Shown: piece after piece, positions 19,934 to 29,759 of the stretch
Layout of the letters: each line of letters begins with the position of its first letter
Numbering within the stretch: position 1 is the stretch's first letter
Source: Xenococcaceae cyanobacterium
GTDB lineage: Bacteria; Cyanobacteriota; Cyanobacteriia; Cyanobacteriales; JBFRWF01
Assembly (NCBI GenBank): GCA_051439465.1
Contig: JBFRWF010000106.1
Span: 1,582 to 65,581 of the forward strand
Direction: 5' to 3'
DNA length: 64,000 nucleotides
Notes under the pieces: generated by a model
Databases searched by the model: none
Told to the model about the DNA's origin: nothing
Seen by the model: the letters and a program-made list of their open reading frames with translations, nothing else
Program-made: the position numbers and the translations under genes

Positions 19934-20846
19934 ATCGGAATAGGTAGACTTTTACAAGTTTTCCCCTCCACAGTACCGAGCTTACAAGCTTTCCAAGTAC
20001 TCGGCTCCTGCTGTTTTCACTTACTTTGAATGGATTCCCGAAATTCCTAAGAACCTTCTGCTAGAGTTTTCAGGCTTATAACTACTCCGCCTTGGAATTA
20101 ATCGAACCGTTCGACATATTGTATTTGCCTTTCATGGGGACAATTACCCATTCAGCTCTTTCACCCTGTACGCAAGTAGCAACTACCTTTTCGCGCCAAG
20201 ATTATCTAGCACTATGGTTACGATGGCTTTGGTAGATAGCCCCTTATCTTTTCCCATAGGTTAATCGGATTACATTCGTGTTCAGCTTCATTTTCAGCCC
20301 CAACCAAGTCTGCTAACCTTTCGGCTTCTGGCAAATTTTGAACCAGTATCCCCTAGAGTTATAGTCAGGATATAAGTATTTCTTGACGTTTCCTCTTTGC
20401 TTTCGCGTCGGAGGGGCATTCGCTTTTTGGCAGGTCTTACACCCCAAGGAATTGGTACGCCTCACGGCTTCCCTACAGCAAGCTGACCTTGTGGTGGTTT
20501 CATCGTTCCACATTCAATAGATGCGACGGGGTTAGGTTCCAAGTTTACGCCGGGCGCTTTATTGGAGTTGTGAAGATAACCTTCAGAGCTGCTATCTTCC
20601 TTGCATCCTATAGAGGTATCAGTTCATTTCCTCAATCTATTCTTACGACGCCTAATACTTGATTCGCTGTGCGCTAACCATACCCGTCTTCCCCTTGCCT
20701 ATTTGGTACAGGTGAACTCCCTTCCTTTTGGCTTTACCTCTAGCTGTGAAACACTCCTATTGCTAGGAATGCTCCTTTGGTTGGGGACAGACCACAACTC
20801 GCGTCTGGGGATTTCTCCCACTCTTAAATGCGACTTCGACTCGCAC
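19934..20846 (-). mobile_element. ORF-less group II intron (IIB-like)
   Basis: 5' GTGCG at 20846; domain V GAGCCGAGTACTTGGAAAGCTTGTAAGCTCGGTAC (19973-20007) with AGC triad; domain VI ending CCTATTCCGAT; EBS1 TCTGAA complementary to exon end TTCAGA; only an 11-codon IEP stub remains (20082-20117). Confidence 0.9.
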
Positions 20847-22041
20847 TCTGAAATTGGATAATATCCCACATATCCAACAGGTAGGTATCTTCTGGAACCG
20901 TCAGCGTCTTGTAAGCAGTGTGAGGTACACCAACAATAACGATAGAACATTTGGCTATCAATTCTTCCTTAGTCACAAAGTTTGGGTCTTTAACATACTC
21001 GTCGGAACAAATCACTAAAGCTCCATGAAACCTGAGAATCTTTGCTAATTTATAAGATAGGGAATCTCGGATGTCGTCAATATCAGCTTTAAATGCCATG
21101 CCGAGAATTCCAACTAAGCGGTTAGTCAGGTCAATTTTTTGCTCCAGCCTCAAGTGGTTGACGATGAAATTGGGCAGCCCTTCGTTGACCATCATGGCAG
21201 CTTGTCCAAGTTGAAAGTGATTTCCGTAGGAAGCCGCCAACTGCAGCGTGTCTTTTAGCAGACAAGGACCTGCGGCAAAACCAGGTTTGGGAAAATCCTG
21301 AGTACGCTCATAATGGTGGGTCATGGCACTGTAGATCCGATTGTAGTCCGCGCCCTGCTCCGTTGCCATCATATAGAACTGATTGGTAATCGCAAACTGG
21401 ATATAGCGCCAGGCGTTAGAAAACAGTTTTACTAGTTCTGCTTCCTGAACCGAGACGGGTATAGTCTCCACTCCAAGACGACTGAATAAAGCCTCTGCAT
21501 CTCTAACAGCAGTTTCGCTAAAACCAGAGATTATCTGTGGCAATTTTCTGAGTTCCCGAATAGCGTAGCCCTGAACAATCCGCTCTGGACAATAGGCAAT
21601 ATGAATCTTGTGACCCCGTCTATTGAAGAAATCATAGAGGCATTTGGAAGTTCCCGGGTAGATCGTGCTGCGGAGAATCAGGCATTGGTCGTGACGCAAA
21701 TAACCAGTTAGCTGTTCCGCCAGTTCAAGAATTGGTCTAGTTTTGGGATTGAGATATTCATCAACCGGAGTGCCAATTGTAATGATTACCGACTCGGAGC
21801 GGTTTATATCGGACAAGTCATCAGCGATGTGGAGTGATTTTCCCATCACCTTTCTCAGAATTGGCTCAGCATCGTACTCAATAAATGGCATCTCCCCAGC
21901 TTCAATGGTTGCCCGCTTGTTTTGATCGATATCAAACAGTGCTACATGTAAGCCAGCATCAGCCAATACAATGCCTAGTGGCAGCCCAACATGACCAAAA
22001 CCGCCAATGATGATAACGTCGTAACATAAATCTGAGTTCAT
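20824..22041 (-). CDS. UDP-glucose/GDP-mannose dehydrogenase family nucleotide-sugar dehydrogenase (3' end interrupted by the intron; spliced end ...QFQN*)
   Basis: GGFGHVG, TIGTP, LRST, CPER, AGPCLLKD, AFKADIDDIRDS. Confidence 0.92.
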   Translation of the reverse strand: MNSDLCYDVIIIGGFGHVGLPLGIVLADAGLHVALFDIDQNKRATIEAGEMPFIEYDAEPILRKVMGKSLHIADDLSDINRSESVIITIGTPVDEYLNPKTRPILELAEQLTGYLRHDQCLILRSTIYPGTSKCLYDFFNRRGHKIHIAYCPERIVQGYAIRELRKLPQIISGFSETAVRDAEALFSRLGVETIPVSVQEAELVKLFSNAWRYIQFAITNQFYMMATEQGADYNRIYSAMTHHYERTQDFPKPGFAAGPCLLKDTLQLAASYGNHFQLGQAAMMVNEGLPNFIVNHLRLEQKIDLTNRLVGILGMAFKADIDDIRDSLSYKLAKILRFHGALVICSDEYVKDPNFVTKEELIAKCSIVIVGVPHTAYKTLTVPEDTYLLDMWDIIQFQSASRSRI

Positions 22042-22143
22042 TTATATTCCCTTGGATTTTAGAGGACTGGAATATTCACCCAATAAACCAGAAATGTGTA
22101 CTGAACGTCCGAATCCCAAACCAATTACACCAATACCAACCAT
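22042..22143 (-). pseudogene. 33-codon remnant of a Gfo/Idh/MocA oxidoreductase
   Basis: Manual translation MVGIGVIGLGFGRSVHISGLLGEYSSPLKSKGI*: Rossmann GxGxG start followed at once by a stop abutting the next ATG. Confidence 0.6.
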
Positions 22144-22205
22144 GAAAGAATTGCCCAATCTTATCAGATCGCCTCAGTAATATATACACAATCAAGCTAC
22201 CTATG

Positions 22206-22739
22206 CTAAATGAACCCCTTGATGTTGGCAAGTGTAAAAACTCCAAAATGTAACTGGTGTATAAATTTGCCTTCTAGTATGTACCTTTCCAACACCTGCA
22301 TATTCACAAAATCCACAGACATTCCTGGTTCAGGGACAAAGTGTGGATCGGGTTCTGAAGCCTTGACAAAGAAGGCATGGAGTCGGTTTTCCAATCTCCC
22401 CGTGTCTGCGTAGTAGCTGCCCAAGTAAGTGATTGACTCAGCTGACAAACCAGTCTCTTCTTTTAGCTCGCGGCGGCAAGTTTGTTCTGGCACTTCACCC
22501 TCTTCTAGCAAGCCCGCGGGTAACTCCCAGGTGTAAGCCTGCACTGCAGGGCGATATTGCCGGACAATTGGGATCAGGTCACTGGGAGTTCTAGCAAGGA
22601 TAGCGATGTAGTCTGATTGAGAGAGACAATGATAGATTTCAGTTTTTTGTCCTGGGGCAAATTCCACTTCTTTGGCAACAATACCTACCCAGGGTGAAAA
22701 TCTCGTTTCCTTGCGCGAAACTATCTTAGCTAAATTCAC
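22206..22739 (-). CDS. NUDIX hydrolase (ADP-ribose/NDP-sugar pyrophosphatase-like)
   Basis: VRQYRP, WELPAGLLEEGE..EQTCRRELKEETG Nudix box; GTG start after AGAGG. Confidence 0.9.
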   Translation of the reverse strand: MNLAKIVSRKETRFSPWVGIVAKEVEFAPGQKTEIYHCLSQSDYIAILARTPSDLIPIVRQYRPAVQAYTWELPAGLLEEGEVPEQTCRRELKEETGLSAESITYLGSYYADTGRLENRLHAFFVKASEPDPHFVPEPGMSVDFVNMQVLERYILEGKFIHQLHFGVFTLANIKGFI

Positions 22740-22752
22740 TTGTACCTCTCTA

Positions 22753-23601
22753 TCAAACCACATCGGCAAAAGTTTTCTCCATGCGGCGGAAGTAGTATAG
22801 TCCCCCCACCAACAAGATAATTACAACAACTGTTGATACCGCCAACAGGAGACCAGGCGCTTGTGCCTTTCCCAATAAAGCCCATCTAAACCCTTCTACC
22901 ACACCTGCCATTGGATTTAATCCAAATAAGGCACGCCACTGCTCTGGTACCAGACTGCTGGGATAAGCAATGGGGGTGACAAAAAGCCAAAACTGTGTCA
23001 AGAAAGGGATTGTATAACGCACATCCCGATACTGAACGTTGAGTGCCGACAGCCACAAGCCCACTGCCAGTGCAGTCGCCACAGCCAGCAACAAAAACAA
23101 CGGCAGGGTCAAAGCTGCCATCGTCGGCGATATTCTATAATAGAGCATCATGGCCAGTAGAACTCCAAAGGCAATGAAAAAATCCACCAATCCAGCTAGG
23201 ACAGCTGAAATAGGCACAATCTAGCGCGGAAAGTAAACCTTCGCAATCAAATTTTGGTTGGCTACCAAACTGTTGCCCGACTGAGTCAAGGCATAAGCAA
23301 ATAGCTGCCAAGGCAGAAGCGCTGTGAAAGTAAATACGGGGAAAGGAATCCCGTCAGACGGTATCTTAGCTAGCTTGCCAAAGAAGATACTAAACACAAT
23401 CATCGTCATAAAGGGTTGCAAAATCGCCCAGCCTGCCCCCACCACCGTTTGCTTGTAGCGTACCTTAATATCTCGCCAGACCAGGAAGTAGAGCAACTCA
23501 CGATACTCCCATAACTCCCGCAGTTTCAGCGATACCCAACCTCGTGAAGGTTGAATGCGTAAAAACGGAGTTTGTTCTCTTTTTTGACTGCTCTTCAGCA
23601 T
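22753..23601 (-). pseudogene. wzm: ABC-2 polysaccharide transporter permease, split by one in-frame TAG
   Basis: RDIKVRYKQT..G..W; KVYFPR*IVPI (TAG at 23221-23223 where Leu is expected); RDVRY, PIAYP, NPMAGVVEGFR. Confidence 0.9.
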
Positions 23602-23635
23602 TCTCCCCCGCTCCTCGCATCAGAATCAACTCTTG

Positions 23636-25531
23636 TTAAATAAATTCTCTCCACCACAGCGCCAAATTCAACAAAAACCACAACTGTACACCATTCCCTT
23701 GCTCAAATAGCAGATTGACATAAGTTCTATCTATAAAATCAGTTTGCTCGCAAAAATTATTGAGTTCCTGCCTTATCTTTTCTTTTAGCCTGTCGAAAAA
23801 CCACTCATAGATAGGCACGTTAAAACCTTGCTTTTTGCGATCAATTAACTCATTTGGAATCACCCCCCGCACTGATTTCTTGAGGATGTGCTTGAGAACC
23901 CCATTTCTGGTTTTCACCGCCTCTGGAATGCTCATAGCCAGTTCCACAAACTTGTGGTCGAGAAAAGGCACGCGCCCTTCCAGACTTACCCCCATACTCA
24001 TTTTGTCTACCCGCATCAGCAGCAGTTCCGGCAAGCGTAGGTTGAGGTCAAGATAACTCATCCAGTGGAGATGAGACTTTTCCCAAGCCTTCTGTTCAAA
24101 ACGCTCTCGAATTGGTTTTAATGCCTCCCAAGAGGTAAAATTAGCAAACTGCTTGCGCAAGCGGGGTGAAAGCAAACGCTGCTTCTGCGCCTCGGTAAAT
24201 GCCTCCGCACCGCCCCAAAATACAGGCTGCCCCATCGCACCGCGACGCAGCCATTCGTAGTAGCTTTTTTGCTTTTTCCCGAACAATTGCAGCCCTACAA
24301 GTCCCAATTGCTTGAAAAGGCGTGACACCGGCAGGTCATCGTAGCGTTGCAGCTGAAGCTTCCTTTTCCAGTCTGGATAGCCCCAAAACAGTTCATCCGA
24401 ACCTTCCCCCACCTGACATACGATCGCCCCATTATCCCGCGCCAACTTGGAGACGTAGTAAACAGGTACGCAAACTGGATCTGCGATTGGCTCATCCTGA
24501 AGGTACACCATTCGGGGCAGGAAGTCAAGCAAGTCATCGATGGTGAGCAGTTGCTCGTGGTATTCTGCTCCCACTTGCTTCGCCATGATCCGAGCATAGT
24601 GCATCTCGTTCTGGTAGGTCTGGTAATCGCCCTGATAGCCGATAGTAAAGGTCTTGACTGGTTTCTCCTCCCCTTCAGAAAACAAAGCTGCATTGGTGCT
24701 GGAGTCAATGCCACCGGAGAGAAAAACCCCCACTGGCACATCACTCACTTTACGCAGCTGCACTGCCGTCCGGAGTTCCGCCAAAAGCCGCTCCGCAATC
24801 TCATCTTCAGAAACATCTATCAAGGGAGTGGTATAATCCCACACATCCCAGTAGCGATGCTCGCGGATTTGCCCCTCTTCGCTTATCCGCAGCCAAGTGC
24901 CTCCAGGCAATTTTTTAATGCCTTCAAACAGGGTTTGAGGTGCTGGGGTTGTCAAAAAAGACAGGTAGTGATAGAAAGCTTCTTCGTGAACTGCCCGTTT
25001 CTGGTCGGGATCTTGGAGAAGGGCTTTAATTTCCGAGGCGAAGGTGATGCGACCGTTGTGGATGCTGTAGTAGAGGGGTTTGATGCCAATGCGATCTCTG
25101 ATCAGCCATAGTTCCCTAGTATTGGAATTCCAGAGGGCGATCGCGAACATCCCCCGAAATTTTTCCAAACAGTCAATCCCCCACTGCTCAAAGGCATGGA
25201 GAATCACCTCAGTATCCGAGTGGTCAGTCTTCCACCGATGTCCGCCTATTTGTTCCAACTCAGCCCGAATCTCACCATGGTTGTAAATCTCGCCATTGAA
25301 TACCACCCACAGAGTACCATCCTCGTTGCACATTGGCTGGCTAGCTGCCTCAGATAAATCGATAATAGATAGCCTCCGGTGCCCTAGACCGACTCGTTTA
25401 TCCTCAGCTACCCACGTTCGGGCACCATCTGGCCCCCGGTGAACCATTGTGTCTCGCATACGATTAATATATGCCTCGGTGACAGTGAACAAGCAATTCT
25501 TGAAAGTCAATGCCCCAACAAGACCACACAT
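23636..25531 (-). CDS. asnB: Asparagine synthase family amidotransferase (second copy)
   Basis: MCGL, HRGPD, GHRRLSIIDL, SGGIDS, GEGSDELF, RVPFLD. Confidence 0.95.
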   Translation of the reverse strand: MCGLVGALTFKNCLFTVTEAYINRMRDTMVHRGPDGARTWVAEDKRVGLGHRRLSIIDLSEAASQPMCNEDGTLWVVFNGEIYNHGEIRAELEQIGGHRWKTDHSDTEVILHAFEQWGIDCLEKFRGMFAIALWNSNTRELWLIRDRIGIKPLYYSIHNGRITFASEIKALLQDPDQKRAVHEEAFYHYLSFLTTPAPQTLFEGIKKLPGGTWLRISEEGQIREHRYWDVWDYTTPLIDVSEDEIAERLLAELRTAVQLRKVSDVPVGVFLSGGIDSSTNAALFSEGEEKPVKTFTIGYQGDYQTYQNEMHYARIMAKQVGAEYHEQLLTIDDLLDFLPRMVYLQDEPIADPVCVPVYYVSKLARDNGAIVCQVGEGSDELFWGYPDWKRKLQLQRYDDLPVSRLFKQLGLVGLQLFGKKQKSYYEWLRRGAMGQPVFWGGAEAFTEAQKQRLLSPRLRKQFANFTSWEALKPIRERFEQKAWEKSHLHWMSYLDLNLRLPELLLMRVDKMSMGVSLEGRVPFLDHKFVELAMSIPEAVKTRNGVLKHILKKSVRGVIPNELIDRKKQGFNVPIYEWFFDRLKEKIRQELNNFCEQTDFIDRTYVNLLFEQGNGVQLWFLLNLALWWREFI

Positions 25532-26308
25532 CTACTTCACTGCCCTCAGAGCGATAAACCATCCCCAGGAATCTGAAAAATACTGACTTAACCATGCTGG
25601 CCACTTACTGGTATCGTAAGGAGTGAGCAGCGGTTGGGCGGTAAAACTGCTAAATTCAGCAAAAAGTTGCCGCAACTCTGGAACTGTGTAAGCCTTCGTT
25701 CCCAGACTTTCTACATGGTGCCAAATTACATCAGCAAAACTGTGCCAGGGCTTCCCTTTAAGGAGGGCATATTTAACCCAATATTTGAAAGCTGCTGCTG
25801 AATGCCTACCATACATCATGCCAATAAAAACAGCACCAGGCTTCAGCACTCGTTTAATTTCCTGAATAATTAGTTCTGGATATTCCGTGTGATGAATAAC
25901 TCCCCAGGAGTAAACCAAGTCAAATGATTCATCGGCAAACGGCAGCTTTTCAGCATCAATCCTTTGCAAATTGGATTGGAATCCGTATATTTCAAGGCGA
26001 GTTCTTGTTGTCTCGATTGCAGCATCAGTGAGGTCTACCCCATAACATTCAGCACCAGCCCTTGCCCACTGGAGATGATCTGTACCAGCCCCCACGCCAA
26101 TCTCCAATATTTTTTTACCATGGGCTCTAGTAAACTGGGCGATAGAGTGGATAAATGGCTCAACACTGTAACGATACTCTTCAATTTGCTCAAACCACTC
26201 GCGAGTTCGTTCTGGTAAATCACCGGTAATTGCTGAGTTGGTTCCACAAGGCTCTTGATCCCAGTAACTGCGAACTACTTCATTCAGTTTTAATTGCGTC
26301 TTATTCAT
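25532..26308 (-). CDS. Class I SAM methyltransferase
   Basis: ILEIGVGAG, DAEKLPFADESFDLVYSWGVIHH, RVLKPG. Confidence 0.9.
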   Translation of the reverse strand: MNKTQLKLNEVVRSYWDQEPCGTNSAITGDLPERTREWFEQIEEYRYSVEPFIHSIAQFTRAHGKKILEIGVGAGTDHLQWARAGAECYGVDLTDAAIETTRTRLEIYGFQSNLQRIDAEKLPFADESFDLVYSWGVIHHTEYPELIIQEIKRVLKPGAVFIGMMYGRHSAAAFKYWVKYALLKGKPWHSFADVIWHHVESLGTKAYTVPELRQLFAEFSSFTAQPLLTPYDTSKWPAWLSQYFSDSWGWFIALRAVK

Positions 26309-28466
26309 CTAGAATTTTTTGAATTAACTCTTCAATCTGAATAGCTATCTCCGTCGCCTGCACCTGCTGCCAGAGTGGAATTGGCCAGTCACCCCCTTGC
26401 CTAATAGCTTCAGCAAAAGCTAACAATTCCTCTTTCTGTCCTTTCTTCATCACCTTGGTTTCTATCCCTTTAGCCCTAGCACCGCTGACCGCGAGCCTCT
26501 TATAGTCATCCAACACCAACACTTTACCATCCACAAACACCTCTAGCTGTTCCTTGGGATAATCCTTCGTCCCCAAAGCCGTGTAGATCAGATTTGCCAC
26601 CGAGCCATCTGCAAAAGTAATCGTAGCAACAAAGTTATCACTACTACTGTAATGCCCAGTCGTGGGAGTAATAGCCTGGGCATCCAATCTTACCACCTTG
26701 CTGCCAGTGAGATAGGTAAAAAGGTCGTAGATGTGGCAAGCTTCCCCACGGTTGCGCCCCCCTCCTTCTTCTGCATGTACCCAGCTATCTAAAGGAATAT
26801 AACCCGCATTCATCCGATAATTGAGAATCATCGGGTTACTGCGCCCTTGAACTAACTCATAAATCCGCCGAGCATAGGGAGAAAAGCGCCTGTTGAAGCC
26901 AGTCAACAATACTGGCACAGACTCCCCATTGATGGCTGAAGCATAGAAAGCCTGAATCCCGCTCAGTTCCTCAGTTGTCAGCGCTAGTGGTTTTTCCACC
27001 AACACGTGCTTTCCTGCCTTCAGCGCCGACAAAGCCATCGAAGCATGGAGGTTGTGCCTGGTAGCAATAATGACGGCATCCACCTCCGAATCCTGCAAAA
27101 CCTGCTGATAATCTGTAGTAGCATAATTCGCCCCAAATTGCTTGGCTGTACCCACCGCATTATGCCCAGTCAGGCTCATAACTGCCTGTAAATGATACCT
27201 ATCTGCCAGAGCTTGCAGATTAGGTAAGTGCATTGCCTTGGCAAAATTACCTGCCCCCACCAAAGCTACCCGAATGCGGTTCGCCCCTGCTGCTTTGGCA
27301 TTGGGATTAGGCACAACTCTCACAAGCTTACGGCTCTCCTGGGGTTGGGGATAGGCAAGCATTACCATCAGGGGCTTTTCCCCTTCACTCTTCAGGGACT
27401 CATAGGCTGCTGTTGCCTCTTCCACCGGATAGTTAGCACTAATCAGCGGTTTCACTGCCACCTGGCCATTAGCCACCAAGCGCAGATACTCTGCCATGTT
27501 GCGGTTTTCAGTCCAGCGCACATGGGCTACTGGGTAATCCAAGCCCTTTTCTTCATAATTATTATCGTAGCGACCTGGCCCGTAGGAAGTAGAAATGAAA
27601 AAATCCAGTTCCTTCTGGTAAAAATCAGCCCGGTTGAGATTCAGTCCCACATCCCCCACCAGCACCACTCGACCCTTCTTGCGGCACATCTTGAAGGCGG
27701 TAGAAACTACCTCATCTGATGGCGTAGCAGCAGTAATAATTACCCCATCGGCACCGAGACCATTCGTCAAGCGTGCCACTTGCTCAATGCTTTCCCCATC
27801 TTCAGGATGGATGCCCATATCCATACCTAGCTGTTGGGCGATCACAATGCGCTTCCTGTCTATATCTGTACCAATTACTTTGCAGCCATTTGCCTTGAGC
27901 ATCTGGGCAGTTAGCTGACCCAAAATCCCCAGCCCAAGCACCACAAATACTTCGCCCAAAGTTGGTTGTGCCCGGCGGATACCTTGGAGGGCGATCGCCC
28001 CTAAAGTCACCGTACTAGCCACCGCAAAATCCAGCCCCTCTGGCACAGGAACCGTCAGATTGCGGGGGACGCGGATAATCTCGGCATGGTGAGCGCATTG
28101 CGCCCCTGCACAGGCTACGCCATCGCCTACTTGAAGATCCTCAATTCCTGCCCCTACTGCCAAGACTGTTCCTGCGGCTGAGTAACCTGTAGGCTGGCTA
28201 GTAGATACCCTTCCTTGTACTAGATTTGCCGTCCGTGCTACTCCCTGAGTCAATGCCATATCTACAACCTTTTTCACGTTCTCTGGTTGTTTCATGGCTC
28301 TTTTCCACAAAGGCAGGCTGCTTGCCTTGACACCACTCATTTCCGTACCCACGGAGATGCAAGAATAGTTGACCCGCACTAAAACCGTACCAGGTTCTAC
28401 TTGAGGTGCGGGAATTTCTTCCACCACTGCTTGACCTTTGTGAATTAGTACCTGCTTCACCGCCAC
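26301..28466 (-). CDS. Bi-domain oxidoreductase (MDR/zinc-ADH-like plus Gfo/Idh/MocA)
   Basis: ISVGTE, GLGILG, SYGPGRYD in the first domain; GAGNFA, VLVEKP, GFNRRF in the second. Confidence 0.9.
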   Translation of the reverse strand: MAVKQVLIHKGQAVVEEIPAPQVEPGTVLVRVNYSCISVGTEMSGVKASSLPLWKRAMKQPENVKKVVDMALTQGVARTANLVQGRVSTSQPTGYSAAGTVLAVGAGIEDLQVGDGVACAGAQCAHHAEIIRVPRNLTVPVPEGLDFAVASTVTLGAIALQGIRRAQPTLGEVFVVLGLGILGQLTAQMLKANGCKVIGTDIDRKRIVIAQQLGMDMGIHPEDGESIEQVARLTNGLGADGVIITAATPSDEVVSTAFKMCRKKGRVVLVGDVGLNLNRADFYQKELDFFISTSYGPGRYDNNYEEKGLDYPVAHVRWTENRNMAEYLRLVANGQVAVKPLISANYPVEEATAAYESLKSEGEKPLMVMLAYPQPQESRKLVRVVPNPNAKAAGANRIRVALVGAGNFAKAMHLPNLQALADRYHLQAVMSLTGHNAVGTAKQFGANYATTDYQQVLQDSEVDAVIIATRHNLHASMALSALKAGKHVLVEKPLALTTEELSGIQAFYASAINGESVPVLLTGFNRRFSPYARRIYELVQGRSNPMILNYRMNAGYIPLDSWVHAEEGGGRNRGEACHIYDLFTYLTGSKVVRLDAQAITPTTGHYSSSDNFVATITFADGSVANLIYTALGTKDYPKEQLEVFVDGKVLVLDDYKRLAVSGARAKGIETKVMKKGQKEELLAFAEAIRQGGDWPIPLWQQVQATEIAIQIEELIQKILDE

Positions 28467-29677
28467 ACTCCCCTCGTATCAATTACCTTTTTGCCTTGCA
28501 ATATTTTCCTATCTATTTTCAGAAAATCGCGATGGTTAACTAGTAATACGACAATATCGGCTTTATCGATCCCAACTTCTAGGTCAAATAGTTGGACGTT
28601 ATCTAAATTATCTAGGCTAGGGGGTAGGGAGCTGATGTATGGCTCTACCACTAAAATATATCCCAATTTTTGCTGAGCCAGTTCTTGGACAATTGTGATA
28701 GCGGGGCTTTCTCGCAGGTCATCGATATTAGCCTTGTATGACAATCCCAAACAGGCGATCGCGGGTTTTTCCAGTCCGGCTGCTGCCGCTTTAATCTTAT
28801 TTACCACATATAAAGGCTTGCTATCGTTAACTTCCCTGGCAGTTCTAATTAGCTTTGCTTGCTCTGGAGCCGAATCTACAATAAACCAAGGATCAATAGC
28901 GATACAGTGCCCGCCAACTCCCGATCCCGGTTGGAGGACGTTTACTCGCGGATGTCGATTTGCCAGTTCGATTAATTCCCAAACATCTATGTTTAGTCGA
29001 TCGCAAATTACAGAAAGTTCGTTAGCAAAGGCAATGTTAACGTCGCGAAATGCATTCTCGGTTAGTTTTGCGAGTTCCGCCGTTCTGGCATCCGTGTATA
29101 GAATTTCCCCCGTAACAAACTTTTGATAAAAATTAGCTGCTTTTTCAGTGGAAGCCGGATTAATTCCGCCAATAATCCGTTCGTTACTAATTAACTCTTT
29201 GAGAATTTGACCTGGCAGAACCCGTTCGGGGCAATGAGCTATATATATCGAACAGTTGTCTTTTAGATCTGGACGCAGTTCCCACAACCAACTGCCAATT
29301 TTTTCTGTCGTGCCTACAGGACTGGTAGATTCCAGAATTACCAGATTACCTGGGGCTATATAGGGAGCGATCGCTTTTGTAGCTGCTTCCACATAAGAAA
29401 TATCCGGCACCCGATCTTCCTTAAATGGAGTTGGTACTGCCAGAATAAACACATCTGTGGAGGCTGGTTCTAAACTTGCCGTAAGATTGCCGCTATTGAC
29501 AGCGGAGTTAACCATGACATCCAAATCAGGCTCATGGATATGAATCTCACCTCGATTAATTGTTTCTACTACCTTGGGGTTGATATCTACCCCCCGCACT
29601 CTAAAGCCTCTATTGGCTAATAAACTGGCAGTTGGCAAGCCAACATAACCCAAACCAACTACGCAAACCTGCTCCAT
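28457..29677 (-). CDS. wecC: UDP-N-acetyl-D-mannosamine dehydrogenase
   Basis: GLGYVGLP, AVPTP, ESTSPVGTT, CPERVLPG, GVGGHCI, YKANIDDLRESP. Confidence 0.9.
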   Translation of the reverse strand: MEQVCVVGLGYVGLPTASLLANRGFRVRGVDINPKVVETINRGEIHIHEPDLDVMVNSAVNSGNLTASLEPASTDVFILAVPTPFKEDRVPDISYVEAATKAIAPYIAPGNLVILESTSPVGTTEKIGSWLWELRPDLKDNCSIYIAHCPERVLPGQILKELISNERIIGGINPASTEKAANFYQKFVTGEILYTDARTAELAKLTENAFRDVNIAFANELSVICDRLNIDVWELIELANRHPRVNVLQPGSGVGGHCIAIDPWFIVDSAPEQAKLIRTAREVNDSKPLYVVNKIKAAAAGLEKPAIACLGLSYKANIDDLRESPAITIVQELAQQKLGYILVVEPYISSLPPSLDNLDNVQLFDLEVGIDKADIVVLLVNHRDFLKIDRKILQGKKVIDTRGVWR

Positions 29678-29759
29678 ATTATTTTTGCTCCTTAAGCTAT
29701 CTATATTAGCTTAGCCATTAGCCTGTTTTTTCATAACCGTTCAGAGTCTTCAGAGTATT

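Noticed and set aside
20313-20950. Short ORFs at 20313, 20601 and 20699
   Set aside because: They lie wholly or mostly within the intron's structured RNA domains and have no RT motifs
24347-25111. 254-aa plus-strand ORF and other antisense ORFs in the track
   Set aside because: Shadow frames of well-supported minus-strand genes, with no recognisable motifs
29734-29744. TAACCGTTCAG resembling the IS66-type TIR
   Set aside because: Single partial match with no partner repeat or TSD; could be chance
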